Of a stretch of 64,000 nucleotides of DNA, positions 13,949 through 29,100 are shown in pieces. The notes under the pieces are model-generated. The model had not been told where the DNA came from. It searched no databases and was given only the letters and a program-made list of their open reading frames with translations. Numbering within the stretch: position 1 is the stretch's first letter; every line of letters begins with the position of its first letter. The position numbers and the translations under genes were made by a program. The stretch covers positions 3,844,001 through 3,908,000 of the forward strand of contig NC_089434.1 of NCBI RefSeq assembly GCF_026210795.1, given 5' to 3'. This DNA is from Rhizophagus irregularis. Taxonomy: Eukaryota.

Positions 13949-16479
13949 TTCTTTCTTTTTTTTTTCTTATTGTTTATTGATGAACGATTTTCAACAGCGA
14001 TAAGAGATAAATTCAATATATATATAAACAAATCAAGCGAAAAAAAATATCAGGAGTATCAAATCATTTCGATCTTTTATAGATTCTGATAAACGACATT
14101 GTGAAACCTGAATGTGCATGTGTTATTTCCTATAGAAGTTGATGCAAATTTTAGAAGCAATAATGACGTAGTTAAATACCCTTAAGATTTTAGATAAATA
14201 CCATTTTGCAGATCATATATATTTAAATTATAATCCGTAACATATAAATTCCTAAAACCTTTTAGCTTCAAATGTTACGTTATGTCATACCTCACTAATT
14301 CACGTAGCCAAACCTGAAATTTTAGTGTCTCAAGCGTCAGATTCAGTTGTCTCATCCAGTTTTTTAACAAGATAATGGAAATATTTTTTATGGTAAGTTT
14401 ATTGCCTTAAAACAGACAAGTTAAACCCTCAAAATATAAATTTTTCATTGTTCAAATAACTACATAGAACTTATAAGTCATTAATTTACGGCATTAATTA
14501 ATTATTTATTTGTTATAGGTTTTATAATGTAAACTGAATATTTTATGTTATTTTATATGTAATAATAAGGTTATGTATCTTTAAATATCCATAACTATAG
14601 ATGGACATATTGAATCATGATAATTTTATAATTGTTAGAAAGAGCTCAGAAAAGTCAAAGATTGTTCACAGGAAGCATAGCTACTAATTTTTAAGAGAAT
14701 GATAATTAATTATCTATATATATTTTTCATAATTTCTCATTACTCTATGATTTAATTTGGATGTAAATGTTGTAAATTTATGAAAAATAAAGTTTTCTTT
14801 TTTTTTCGTCCGCGTAATTTCTTATATCACGTGAGATCGCAATTTGCAATTTATTGGCTGATCAATGTTGAAATTAAACCAATCAATGGATTTTTATCCA
14901 TGCTCAATTTCTTATACAAAAAAAGGAATGTTTAACGCTTTATTAGTACCTAATTTAATTACAGAAGATTTTATTTAAATGACCTAAACAGTTCAAAGTT
15001 GTAAGAGTTTATAATATATTAGAGTGATTGCTTTAAATTATCATCACTTCTAAGATATAAGATAAAATGTAAATATTATTTAATTTTTGTTAATGTTAAA
15101 ATCTTATTGAAATTCTGGTAAACATTATAAATTTTTTCTGTATGATGAAATTTAAGGTTTATTGAAATCGATGCAATGTATCTGACTTAATTCATTTTTT
15201 TTTGATTGCTTTAAAATAATGTTTCTATAATATTACTTTATCTACTAGTGACAAGGTTCGTTTTTTCCACTTTTATTTTCAAATCCTTGTATTCAAAGAA
15301 ATTTTCACGAATTAGTTTTAATATCCAGGAGGATTTGGTGATTTTTGAAATTTTGCAGGACGAAGTCTAATGGACCATGGTAGCAGCAACGACATCAACA
15401 GCGAGAATCGAGTCAAGAAAAAATAGATGCATGGAGGCAATGAAATAGTGAATACACATTTAAATTATTTTTAAGTCAGTCATATAATTCGTAAAATAAT
15501 TATCTTTAAACTTCTTTTCGCTTCATTTTTTCTATTAAGCCAAACTATTTAAATTGTCAAAGAAATGAAAGAATAAGATTTTACCGTGTGACAAATGAAA
15601 CAATCATTATCAAACTTTCTATATCTAGTGGCAGACTATAACTGAAAATTTGACTAATATTTCAGTTTATTTATTTATTTATTTATTTGAATATCATTGA
15701 GAAGTAATAAAATATATTCATGTATTTTCAATTTATTGCCTTTAAATTGACCATTACATAATAATTATTTTATTTCCTAGTTCCATATTGAATAATTTTT
15801 TTCCAAAAAGATAAATAATAAATAAATCTAGTTATTTCTTTACAATTATGCAATTTGGTCGGCATCAAATTTGACCGAAATATATGAAACCTTAATTCCT
15901 GTCAGAATAAGACTCAAATTAGTATTAATAAATTTTAAAATTTTATGGGGTCACGAAAATAATAAACGATGATATTAACAAAATTTTTATATAAAATCGG
16001 TTTAATAAATCTTTTTGCAAACGAGTACACCAAAAATAATTTATTATAGAAAATATTCCGGCTTATTTATAAGGTAGAATGAATATTACAAGCAAGGTTT
16101 TATTTATTGAAGCAGGGGAACACTTTCTGTATATTAATATTTAATATGACATTTCTATTACTATTTTCTTTATGGTAATGATTTTTCAAAATTTTATTAT
16201 CTTTATTTTTTTCATTTGAGAATGATGAAAATACTCAAAATATGAAAATAAGTTGGGATTTTCATAAAACAGGATTTGATTTTGGTTATAATTCATGATT
16301 TATATATAAAAGATCAATTATACGCTAATAATGATTATTGTAAATTCAAATATTTTTTTTTTATTTAATAAAGGAAAAAAGTCATTAGTTGTACGTATGA
16401 TATAATTTAGAGAAAATCGATAAATATCCTTATCCTTTTTACTATTGATTCATCAAATACGTATATACGGTGTATAAGT

Positions 16480-17125
16480 AACAGGGCGGACATCCCCATA
16501 TTATCACGATATTGCCGATCATTTTGCCGATCACTTGTCCAATATTATCACATAAAAAAATACCGTTGAATTAGTTTTTTCACAAATTCTACATAATAAT
16601 GTATAAAATTTCGATTTTATTTACTTTATTTTATTTATTGTTAATAAATTAGTTCTTAAAATAATTCATAAAGATTTTGTCAAATATCAGACATATATTA
16701 ATTTTACAATAATTGTAAACATTTATTTAATGATAACTTTTGGGTTATCAAAAATTATCCAGGTTTATTTTAGCCATTGATTCTTGAATACCTAAATAAT
16801 ATACTGTAAAAGTTTCAAGTTTCGCCCGAAGATCAGTGGCTTCGCCCGAAGCTTCAAAGTCACGTTAGCAGATGATCGGCATATATATAGCATATATATT
16901 AATTATTGAAAATTTGACGTAAAATCTAACTTTGGAAACACACCTTATTTTGCCACAATACTTTTATATTAATTTATTGATAAATGAAACTATTAAATAA
17001 AATAATTTAACATAAATTGTCAGAACATTTATTGCTTGGAATAAAGCTTCAAATTTAACGTGATATCACTTATATCATGATCGGCAAGTGATCGACATTG
17101 TGATATAATGCATGTCCGCCCTGTT
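16480..17125. mobile_element. Non-autonomous Mutator-like (MULE) MITE, 646 bp
   Basis: TIR aacagggcggacat / atgtccgccctgtt, internal gccgatca subrepeats, and a 9-bp TSD tgtataagt on both sides (16471-16479, 17126-17134). Confidence 0.85.
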
Positions 17126-17910
17126 TGTATAAGTATGCTCATTTATCAATATTCTAATTTTAAAATTTATAAATTGGACCATATTTTAATATCATAAAAT
17201 TGCGACCGTTATTATTTCACTAATCATGTTAACTAGAAATCATTTTATTTTTCACCAAACGCTCCATTTTATCCTTCGTAAATCGTAACTAAAATTTTTA
17301 TTTTTTCGTTCTTTGATCATATTTAGAAATTATCACATGAAATGAGCTTATGTGATTTAGCGGTTGTGGATGTTAATTTCAAATCTTTCAATAGAATGTC
17401 AACTAATGATGATCAAAATTCTTACACGCGCGCGTTTCGCATTTCGCACATCTTTATTTAATGATTTCCTGAAATCATTGTTTATAAGGGAATTACTAAT
17501 CCTTCGTACACTTCGATCAAGCAATAAGTTTTACATGATTTAGAAATAATGATCTGGAAATTATGAAGTCATCTCAGGTGATTAAATACAATAATTATTA
17601 TATTAACGTCTGGTTAATTTATTCTCGACTTTTTTTTCCAAATAAATGATATAGACTGATTTGTGAAAGATGAAAAATATAATTTTAATCCGAAAACAAT
17701 CATAAAGAATAAAATGAAATAAAAGAATTCATTATTTAATTTCATTATATTAAATACGCTATATAAATATATTAATATTTAAATAATTTTTTGTTTTTCA
17801 TTTTTTCATATTTAAATACTTTAAATACTTTAAAAATATCAGAGTAAATTACCATCATCACACTCCAAATTTTATTCAATTGTTTAAATTTTACAATTAC
17901 GATTGTATCC

Positions 17911-20313
17911 TTATTGTAATATTTGACAATCTTCAAAACTTTTGGGATACAAAAGTTCAACAAATAATAAAGAATTCTTTGAAATCTCACTAAGTAACTT
18001 GTTACTAATATTCAAAATGAATGACAATAATTCATCTTGACCCAACGTTACTTCTTGACGATGTCCAATATCATCCAAGATACGACTAAAAAGAAACATA
18101 ATCGTTATCTTGTAAAACATCCCTTCAAGATCGTATTTATACCAGATACGATAAAAAAATTCTACTATATAATTGAGTTCTTCGTCATCTAATTTGCTAT
18201 ATTCTTCCAGTATCTTACAATAATTTTTTATAATCTCATCAGTGATGAATTTCTTTTGGGGCCCATCGGACAATTGTGTCACTCCCTCATAATGATCTAA
18301 TGTTTCTAAATAAGCGTAAACAGCAGAAAGTAATGCCTTTTGTTCTTTGAAAGTAAGAATTTCTATATTCTTAAGAAGATCAAGGATACGGTTTGTATAA
18401 ACTTCATTATCATATATATTTTTTAATATAGACAGCGCCATTTCGTGATTTGATCCATTAAGTGCATGTTTTATTGTTAATAACATACTTTTTAAGCATT
18501 TAAAAGCATATTGTAAATTCCGATTCGAATTCTACATGTACAAAAGAAATTATTATTATTAATACATATTAATTATTTTTTAAAAAAAAAACATGTTAAT
18601 TCATATATTACCTCTTTTGGTTCGCATTTTACTAATAAAGAAAACGTCCATTCGAACGATTCGACAGTTATAGCAGGAAGTACTTGAGAAATATCAGATA
18701 TCTTATATATTGACAACAAGACTCCATCTTTTAAAAATAATGAATTTTCTGAAGTTAACCGTATCCTGAAATTTAAAATATAATCGACTAAATACAAATA
18801 ATAAGCAATGATCTTATTAATGTCAGGATTATCTAGATTAGCCTTAATTTCTCTTTGGATCGTGATGATGAGAACTATACAATAAATACATAATTTAATA
18901 AGTTAGATTGTTTAAATTGATAATTTATTTTATTTATAAAAAATACCTTCGAACGCATTGCTTGTAATTATTTTTAATGAAGCTAATTTCATGCATTTCC
19001 GGGTTTGATCATTAAGAACCACGCGTCTTTTCTTATTAACATGTTCAGTCTATAATTAAGATAAATAGTCAGGACAGTTAGATCGTAAAAAACTATAATC
19101 TTAATGATTATAATAATTAAATATTTACCAAGATCTTTTGCCCATTCTCAGTTTTTTCTCTCAGTCCTATTGAATCAGATCTTGGAATTTCTTGCCAGGT
19201 TTGTCGTATATCTACTGGTACCTCATAACCTTTTTTAGTATCTACCCATACTTTAGGGCAAACCTTAGAAACTTTTTTACGTATTTTGTCTTGCTTATTT
19301 TTCATTTGTTCCATTAATTTAACCCCTTTTGATGATGCTTCCTATAAATCATATTAATTAATATTAATTAAAATCAGAATAAATCAAATAATCGAATATA
19401 ATGCTCATACCATTTTTGGATCTGTGAATAAATCGTCAGAACTATTATACCCAAGAATGTGATAAAAAATCTCTAAGATAAGTGTATGCCAAATAGCCTC
19501 ATTTTTATCGCTCGCCATAATCATAATGATCTCGAAAAGATTCTCATTGCAAAATTGAACGATCAAATCAAAATGAGCTTTTAATTTCTCGTTAATGGTT
19601 AGATTTCCGGAGCAAGGAGCATCTTTGATCGCCAGGAGATTACGACAGATTAGAAGCAAAAGATGAATAAACTTCTTATCATCACTATTTCTATCGACCA
19701 AATTCAAATGCCATTGTAACATATATCGGATATTGTGTATTATTGAAATATTCAATATAAACAAATCCTTATAAGCAGAGTTCATCTTTAGGAACGGTAA
19801 ATCATTGAGATTTTTACTCATTGGATAAATTTTGGTCATTCGAGTTAATAATTCGACTTTATTTAAAGAAAGAGGATTTAAAATTAATAAAATTGAATTA
19901 ATCAAATGAAATCATAAAAATATTTTAGTTTTACCGCATATTCGTGAAGTTTCCCTTTGTGAATTATTTTCAAGACGACCGTTTAAAAGAATTATAGGGA
20001 ACAGTCGTGATTCCATAAACTCTAACTTGTAAAGGATAATAAAACATTCTTCTTCTTTATAAACTATTTTATTAATTTCTTGAAGTGATGGGATAATATT
20101 TATTCCTGGAATAAAAAGATTATAAGAGCTGCCATCACGCGTAAAGACTTTAGTTGTTTCTCCTAGCAGGCTGACATGTTTGTTTATAATTGAATTCCAA
20201 TATTCGAATTCGTTCTCATTCTTGACGCGTTGAAAACGTTTTTGTCTTGCTCTTTTACTAAAAGTATCCTTGTTAGCGCTATTAATAAAATTAACGGAGG
20301 TTGTTCGTTTCAT
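17911..20313 (-). CDS. Multi-exon TIMELESS/Tof1/Swi1 N-terminal-domain-like protein (divergent, short)
   Basis: Collinear minus-strand exons with GT-AG boundaries; helical motifs LFPIIL, VELLTRMT, AYKDLF, LLLLICRNLLAI and LILEIFYHIL resemble the TIMELESS domain. Start at MKRTTSVNF (20313). Confidence 0.6.
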
Positions 20314-20689
20314 ATCTATTATGTTAATGTTTAAAGTGAGAAAAAAAAAATTCGTCTTAAATAGACGCGACTTACCACGTGAACTTAACGTGTAACATGG
20401 TTGCCTTGTGTGACAAATCACATTACAAGATTTTGCCGCAGTAATTTAAAAAATGGATTGGCATAATTCCATAATTTACGCATAAATAGCTAGCATTAAT
20501 GATACAACTTCAGCAAAAGACTTTTATGATAATATTGCTATTACAATTTATAAAAAATAATGATTATAATATTGCTTTAAGGCAATAATACTAATAAAAT
20601 TTTGAAGCCGCAGACATGGTTTGGTTTGGTCTACAACACCACCAATACCAAAAAAAATCCAGTTAATTTTAAGTAGCCTACATCTATTT

Positions 20690-21360
20690 CCAAATGTAAT
20701 CTTTTCCCGATAACAATTTCCTGACAAGACAAATTCTTGAATGGACATTTTCCTGAAAAGAACTTTTCCCGACATTATTGCCTCGACAAATTACGAAAAA
20801 TGATTTACATAAATACTTGATTTTACTGCGAAAAAATAAAAATAAAAATAAATTTTTTTATATAATAAATTAATTAATGATCTTATCAAAAACTTTTCAA
20901 TCAATTCTTTATGGAATATTAATTTCATGAAATTTATTATAAATTATTTTACAGTTTTAGGAATATCATCAAATTTATTAATTTGAAATATTATAAATGA
21001 AATTAAATCTTAATTAATATTTTTAAAAAAGTTATTGGATATTAATGACAAAAATATGAAATGGTCAACAATTATTTTCTAAATAGATTATTTTGCTCAG
21101 TTTATTTTGTATATCTATTTGTAAAAACACCGTTTGTGTAGTATCGCAAAACAATATTTTATTATCAATAAAATTAATTAAAATTTGAATATTTGCGATT
21201 TATCAGTTATAATGTTTTATGTATAAAATTTCGATTTATAAATAACTTTTTTTTTCTTTTATTGTTAGATACTATATACTCAACCCAAAGTTGCATTTTT
21301 AATAATTTGATTTCGGGAAAATTTCATGTCGGGATAATATCATGTCAGGAAAAAATGCTA
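20690..21360. mobile_element. TIR element remnant with inverted subterminal repeats
   Basis: ttttcccgac/tttcctgac units on the left; gtcgggat/gtcaggaaaa/ttcgggaaaa on the right. Confidence 0.5.
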
Positions 21361-21590
21361 TAACGTAAGTTACTTAGCAAGTTTAAATTACATGACTAAT
21401 AACCATTAAATTTTAGTAGTAATCATTTGTTATCATTCATTTTTTTATCATTTTTATTTTTTTATTTTTTAAACGAAATGAATATATTTTAAAAACTTTT
21501 TATTATAAATGGTAAACCGTCAGGGTAAGTATACCAATTAATGATGTATGATGCAATCGGCAATATTTGTAACATGTCGAAGATTATATA

Positions 21591-21773
21591 GAAAACAAGT
21601 ACAGTATGGAATCCTATGTATGTATGTATGGTGGTCAATGTATGGTATGTATGGTGTTAATTTTCATACGGTATAGTTATCACAATAGTAATATACTATA
21701 CATGAGCCACCATACATACCATACATTGACCACCATACATACATACATAGGATTCCATACTGTACTTGTTTTC
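21591..21773. repeat. Perfect 66-bp inverted repeat with 51-nt spacer
   Basis: 21591-21656 is the exact reverse complement of 21708-21773. Confidence 0.95.
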
Positions 21774-21849
21774 GTCACCCCCCATGTCGAACAATCAAAT
21801 GAACATCATATTGCATACATAGTATTTATATGATATCATATCTGGAGTT

Positions 21850-22460
21850 CAACTTCACTGAAACCTATTTCGTCGAAGCCATTTCGCCAAAGGGATATTT
21901 CACCAAAGCGATATTTCATTACTGAACACGGAAAAATTTTTGATTGGAGAAGAACTTTCGCCGAAATAGCATTTCACTGAAACCCCATTTCACCGAATTC
22001 CATTTCGCCGAAGCGAATGGACATTTCGCAAATCTTTTCTAGGAAAATTTTTGAATTATCTGCCGTGATTTATTATATTTATCTTGTTTGTTTATAATAC
22101 ATTAATCTTTTTTTTTTTACTTACTTTTTCGTGAATAAATGTTTCAGGAAAATAAAGTTATTTATTTATTGCTTAACAATTAATATTAGTTTACTTGTGT
22201 GCTGAAGTGATAATATCCTGGAAAAAACAATCTCTAAAAATAATTTAATTTTATATTCATTGCGCGCGATAAATATTTTTTATAAAAATGTTAATCGTTA
22301 TCATTTTTAGCGAAATGTTCATTTGGCGAAATGGGATTCGATTTGGTGAAATGGATTTTGGCGAAATGGACGATTCGGTGAAATGGATTCGATGAAATGC
22401 ACTTTCGGCGAATGTCCTTCCCTTCGGTGGAACATCCTTTCAGCAAAATGTACCGTGACC
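21850..22460. mobile_element. MITE-like element with inverted CATTTCGCCGAA subrepeat arrays
   Basis: catttc(g/a)ccgaa units at 21850-22030 mirrored by ttcgg(c/t)gaaatg units at 22305-22450. Confidence 0.7.
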
Positions 22461-22930
22461 GTATTATATAGTTTTTGTTTTGAAGTATATATAAAATATT
22501 TATATTGGAAATCTTACTAATATGTGCATTTTGAGAATTCTTGTATGATGTCAATAAGTTTGAAATATAAATTTGTGAAACTGATATTGCTGCAAAACCA
22601 TGTCTGTCCCGTTCCTACTAATTCCTAAAAAAAGTGATTAAAAAAAATAAAAAGAGGAGATCAATTGATATTGATCGGTCTTTTGAACCTAAAAAAACTG
22701 TTGGTCTTGTTGATCCATCAAACGATCACGGGGGCCATCTTTAAAGAATTGTCTGCACGTGTCCTAAAGATCGACACAACACGACTTCAGTTAAATTTAT
22801 ACCGAGTCTATTTGTTTTACAACGATTGTCTCATCAAACTGAAATTTAATTCGCATTAGCACAATGGATAAATGCAGCCAACTAATAAGGAACTTGAGTT
22901 TTTTATTTTTGCAAACGTTGAAATTTTATA

Positions 22931-23845
22931 ATGTCATATTATGAAGATGATAATGAATGTAAAAGATGTGGAGAACATAATGATTATCAATGGGGATGGT
23001 GCAAATCATGTCAAATAAATGATTTTAAAAAAAATTTCACAAATTGGACCAGTGGAAATGAAAAAATTGATAGTTTAATTCAGAAAAAGCAATTAGAAAT
23101 TAATAAATCTTTTGATATTATAATTGAATGGATATCATATGATCAGTTTGATGATATTAAAGAGTTAGGAAAAGAATGAATTTTCTAAAATATATTCAGC
23201 AATATGGAAGGATGGCCCATTAATATATGACAATAATAAACATGAATATTCAAGAGAACAAAGTATGAAAGTCAATTTTAAATTATATAAATCACAAAAT
23301 ATTAATGGATTTCTAAATGAGGTATTATTCTGTTGTATTGGATATTTTGGACAAATGGAAGGTAAATTTATCAAATCTGTACGAGCATATGAGAGTATTA
23401 TTTGCCGATTGTGCACATGATGAGGTTTTAACATTTAAATATTTGTAATGGAAATAGACCTGAAATTAATGTGACAGAAGCACCAAAATGTTATATTGAT
23501 TTGATAAAGCAGTGTTGGAATTCTAATCCAGATAATAGACCAAAAAGCAGCTGAAATTTCTGTATCAATTAAGTTATTTATCGGCTGCTATAAAAGGGAT
23601 GAAGCTGGTTTTGAAGATTATATAGTAGTTAAAAAGGAACAACGACATTATGAAATTGAAAAACGATTCAAAGAAGCAGAAGAATACAGAAAATCACATC
23701 TCACATCATATGATGAAAATAAACGATTAGTTGCTCATCCACAAGCTATTTATGCATCACGATTACTTAATCCATTTACAAAAAATATCTCAAAATATGA
23801 TAATGTTGACAATAACACGGTAGAAATTATTGATTTTACAAAGTT
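22931..23845 (+). pseudogene. TKL-type kinase pseudogene lacking the catalytic core
   Basis: N-terminal CxxC..WCxxC and NWTSGNEKID; frameshift at ~23170 (other frame continues NEFSKIYSAIWKDGPL); then jumps to ICNGNRPEI...CWNSNPDNRP...HPQAIYASRLLNPF with no HRDLH/DLG segment. Confidence 0.8.
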
Positions 23846-24865
23846 TTATAAATTTTATAAATTTTATAATTTTATAATTTTATTTTATTGAATTCAAAAC
23901 TAATTCTTTATACAGATTATAAATCAAGGATGATACGACAGAACGAATAAATTTATTTTTAGCATGATAAGTTAGCTAGGTTGAAAATAACCCATAGTAT
24001 TATATTATTTACTCTTATTTTATATATTTTGTTCAACACTTGATTATAGAGTACATGTAAAATTTACTTTTACAAAAATAAAATCAGTTTGTAATTGAGC
24101 AAATATCTTCAAATTTATTTAAATTCCTGATTAATGCTATAAATAAAATTTCTAATTATTTGTAATATACATTCAATAGATAAAGTCGTAATTATTTTTC
24201 GTTCTGCTCATTCTTATGATATTATCTCTTTAATAATTTAATATGCTAGCAAATCAAGATATGTATCAATAAATCTTGATTGTGGATTGAACGCATTGTA
24301 ATGTAACTTCAATCTTATAAATTCTTTAAATACATACATAACTCTTTAACACATTTTTAATTTTTGAAATAATTAATAGATTTATTTAAAACGGAGGGTT
24401 AATAATTTTACATGTATGAATTATTTAAATTACTAACTAAGAAATTTGTAAGAAATCTTACTACTCTAGTCATAGTGTTTAAATAATTTTGATAAAATAT
24501 AAATAAATATAAATATTTTATGAGTTTTGCTAACTTGTCCACTAGGGTTAAATAATCTGAGTTAAAATCACCCCCCTAAATTTATATTTTATATTTATAA
24601 AATCATTTGTGTTATTATTCATTTCACTTTATATGGATTTTATTTATTTTGATATTATAGAGTATAATGACAAATTTTTTCTTATATTTTTGACAATGTC
24701 TCTCGTTTTTTATTGTAATCATAATTTACATTTTTTTTTTGAAAATTTGGGCAAAATTATAAAATTTACTAGTAGGTTAAATCGCCCAGGTCAAATCACC
24801 CTAGGTTAAAATTAGTCTTATACACATTTTATAATGATTGACAAAGAGAGATGGTAGCAAATTTA

Positions 24866-25864
24866 CAGTATAAAATCATTTGTATCTAAATATCTAAAAA
24901 AAAAGTAATTAAATATTTACAATAAAAAAAATTAGTAAATATTCTTTTACATTTTAAAATAATTAATTTTTACCTTCAGGAATTTCAAATTCATCTTGAT
25001 CTTCAGAATGAAAATTTGGGTTATTGTATACATCATCTTCATCATCTTTAGTACAAAAGAAGAATAATTAAAAAAAAAAAAATACAAAAATGGTCATTAA
25101 AATGTGTATAATTGTCAGTTTTACCATCAAAATTAACATATGATCCTTTTATTTGTTGCACTGCTTCTTGTTTATATTAAATTGAAATATTATATTAAAA
25201 TTATATTATTTAATGAGCTTTTACACTAAATAAATAATATTAGGTTATTACTTACCATCATTTATTTGTAACTTTTCAAATGGTTTGGATAAATTTTTAC
25301 TATTTACTAAAATTTGAAAATAGATATTATTATTTATTTACCTAATTGTCATTAAAAAATTATCAAAATATATAAGTTACCCATAAAATTGTGTATTTTT
25401 GATGTCTGATTGCTTGAGTTATTAAAATCATCAACTAAAGAAAAGGTAAATTTAATTGAATATATACTATATATAATAAATTTACAATTTGAAAAATACT
25501 TACTATTAGTAGGAATACTAAAATCATATGGTTTACTATGGAATACTATTTAAAATGAAATATTTTAGTTAAAAAAAGTCAAAATGAATAATAAGGGTAT
25601 AAATAATCTGAAAAATTAAAAGAATTTAATATTAAATTGATAAATTTACATTACCTTCTAGCTCCTCTATTTATTTTTTAATATAAACAATAAGATTTTA
25701 TTATTATTACTTATTTATTTAAAATAATTAAAGCAATATGTATTAAATACAATACCTTCTGTTGCATTTCTTGGTTCAGGTAGATTTTCAAATTGATGAA
25801 TTTTACTTGTAAATAATCTGCTATACGTACTATTATTTGTTTTATCTAGTTCTAAATTCTTATT
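24866..25864 (-). pseudogene. 3' half (end of exon 2 plus small exons) of the kinase gene that starts at 39006
   Basis: NKNLELDKTN...TSKIHQFENLPEPRNATE, then GT-AG micro-exons EELE, FHSKPYDFSIPTN, DDFNNSSNQTSKIHNFM, NSKNLSKPFEKLQIND, QEAVQQIKGSYVNFD and DDEDDVYNNPNFHSEDQDEFEIPE. Confidence 0.85.
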
Positions 25865-26170
25865 TATTTTTATTTTTATTTTTATTAAACAGTAATAGTT
25901 AGCGAAAACAAATTTTATAAACATATCAAAAATGAAAAAGTAAAATAAAAAAATGAACTAAACTATCAGAAGAATCTACTTCGACGGTGGGGCAATTAAA
26001 TACGAAACTATTAAAGATATAACCAACTACACCTAAAAACCATTTCTTTAATTAACCCACTACCTCCCATACACTAGCCGAAACTTGGTAAGTTGAAGCC
26101 CGCCCTGCAGAAGAAAGTAAAATTGACCCTATAAAATTATATAAATCAACTACTAAAATCTACGATGGCG

Positions 26171-29100
26171 CTACGAAGTAAGATTAGTATAAAATTCTAT
26201 TATATTTTTGCCAAAATAAATGTAATTTCTAACACTATCTAAAGAATCATAATGAATAATATTATTATTACTACTATTATTATTAGGTAATGAACGAACG
26301 CTTTTAAACTTTAATTTTTTCTTTTTAGTCAACCCTAACGAACGTTCAAATTCCTTCAGGTGCGAACACCGTGGAATCCAAACCTCTTCAAATATTTCAT
26401 TGAAAATAAACTGTCTCATTTGAATCAAAACAACAGCAACATTTTTCTTTGTGGTCCAAGAATTCAACAAATCCGAAAGTGACATAGGTATAATTCCTTT
26501 AATAATGTCAATAAAAGTAAACACGTTAGGATCATATGATATATCCCATATATCAAGCGCCATAAGAGCATTGAAATCTTGTATATTATCATTATATGCT
26601 AATATCCAAGTCAAGAGATGATTAATAGTTTTATCTCTAATATTGTTAATGATATCATAATGACCACTACACGTCCATACGTGATTAAAAGTTTCATCAT
26701 ACAATCCACATATAGGGCACATCCAACCATCATATAAGTCAAGCAAAGATTTCTTCATCTGTTCAATTGTAGGAATTTCTTCAATTAACAAGTGAACTTT
26801 TTGAGCTTTCATTTTAGAAGAAGAAACAGAAGTTTCATTGTTATTTATATCACAATTTAAACAACTAAATGTGGATGTCCAGTCAACTTCTAACGTGCGA
26901 TATTTAGAATTTCTATTCAGATTAATAAATTTTTCTAATCCTTTGTAGTTGCATAAATTTTTCAAAAATGAACGCAGCTTATTTTCAATAATAATACCAT
27001 TCCAACAAGGAAGAACTTTCATCAAACAAGCGTTTCGTCTAAAAACTATATAGCGATCTTGATCAGTATGCGCAATTTTCGCCAAATTATCTACATAATT
27101 ATTACCCAAATCATCACCATGAGCAGCAACCTTAAACATTTCCACATGCAAATTCAATGTTAATATAATTCTACATAAAATAGCCCATAAGAAATTATTA
27201 TTAGCCTTAAAGTATTCTCGTGAGGTTTGAGAAAATCTTGATTTCTTTAATGTGTCAAATTGTGTAATAACGTTAAGCGAATCTGTATTAATCCTAACTT
27301 TGCTATTTTTTGGAACAACGCTTAATGCTAAAAGGACAGCTAATAATTCTCCTCTATACGCAGAAGGCCATTTATCAATAGTAGAATAAAATTCGACATG
27401 AGGTATATCAAATAAATCACTAATCTGAGCGAACGCGCAACTAATATTACATTGTTCAGTACCTAATTCTATTAATGATCCGTCGGTATAAAACTCAAAA
27501 ATATAATAATTGTTGTTGTCAAAAGGAGCTAATGTGCGTTGTATAATTAACAAATCATTTCTTGAAGTTGAGGAATCTAATAGATCCAAAATTATATTCT
27601 CTTGCAATTGTGGAGAAATCACGTGATTTTGCGTTAACGCTCGATGTATAATATCATATTTCTTTTTTGCAAAATCAAAAATATTAAAAATATTGAATTC
27701 TATTAAGTTTGTAAGTTGACTAGGCGCAAATTGAGAATCTGTTAATAAGGGTACTAAACATTCCCAGTCAGCAGAAAACGTACAAGGTGATCGTGTTGAT
27801 AATAATGCATTAGCAGCACATCCATATTCCATACATTGATATATATAAGTATGTGTATCAGTACATCGAGACATATCAACATGAAAATGTTTAATAACAG
27901 GTCGTTGTGTTTCATCTATTCCTTGAATTTTACCAATAAGTACAGAGTTGAATTGTGGATTATAAAATGCTATTAAAGATCTATTCTTTTTAGTAATATC
28001 ATATGATCGAGTCTCTTCCACATTATCAACACGAGCGCCAAATAATTGTGTTATATTATGATTCAAATGAACACCATCTAAAGTAATTAAAGATCTAATA
28101 TCTGAATACCATTTAGTTTCTCTCCGTTGTGAAAAAATAGGAATATAAGCCTTAATAAGTATTTCTTTCCATAATAATAAACGAGATTTGTCACCCGAAA
28201 TAATTTGATCTAAAAATAAAATTTTCTTTTCACGAAGTCTCTCCTTATGTTTAGAATAATATGCATTGTCTACCACATCTTCTAAAGGAATTTTACCACC
28301 TTTAATTGTTGGAAAAGTATTACTATCTAAATTTTCTAACGAAATATTATTATCATGACATAATAAAAGCATATTAAGAATATAATTATTTTTTCGTGTA
28401 TGCGGAACACGATTATAAGGAAGTTTTTTTATCAATGGGCGTGATGTCCATAATTGGGCCTGTAAGGATTTTAAACGAATTTCAGTAACTTTTCCTAATA
28501 GACCATTGTCGTTAAATTGAATACAAAAATCAGTAATCTTGGCTTGAAGTTGATTGTCGTAAAAATCTCTATATCCATATATATAAGGATTATCGAGTAT
28601 AGCATTAGGCGCAGAACGAGCGAATTTTAATTTGTTTTTAAACATCCTTCTAAAAGGAATTATTAAAGATTCAGTTTGTGTTTTCGATAAAGCCATAACT
28701 TGTGACCAGTATTCAACTCGAGGAACGATAATTCTATTAAATATATATAAAATATGTTTATCAGTAATTTTCTTTTTATACATAAGATTAACTAAATGGT
28801 CTATTTCATTCTTGATCTTGAACATTAAATAATTTCCATCATGTTCAATATTGAAATACACTCCCAGAATACGCATAGGTTCGTGTGGATGTTTGGCTTT
28901 AATATTAATTTCTTCACGACCAAACTTGATTGAAATTTTGTCATTATAATTATGAGAATATTTACGCTTCTCAGTTGTAGTCCTCATCATAAGCTCAGAC
29001 TTTTCTTTGTTAATTTGAATATCATTAAGACGATAAAATGTATCAGCGATGTATAACATTTTTTCCAATTTTGACTTTTCATCAGTAATCCATTGAGTAT

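Noticed and set aside
21606..21833. 75-aa ORF
   Set aside because: By-product of the TATG/CATA palindrome.
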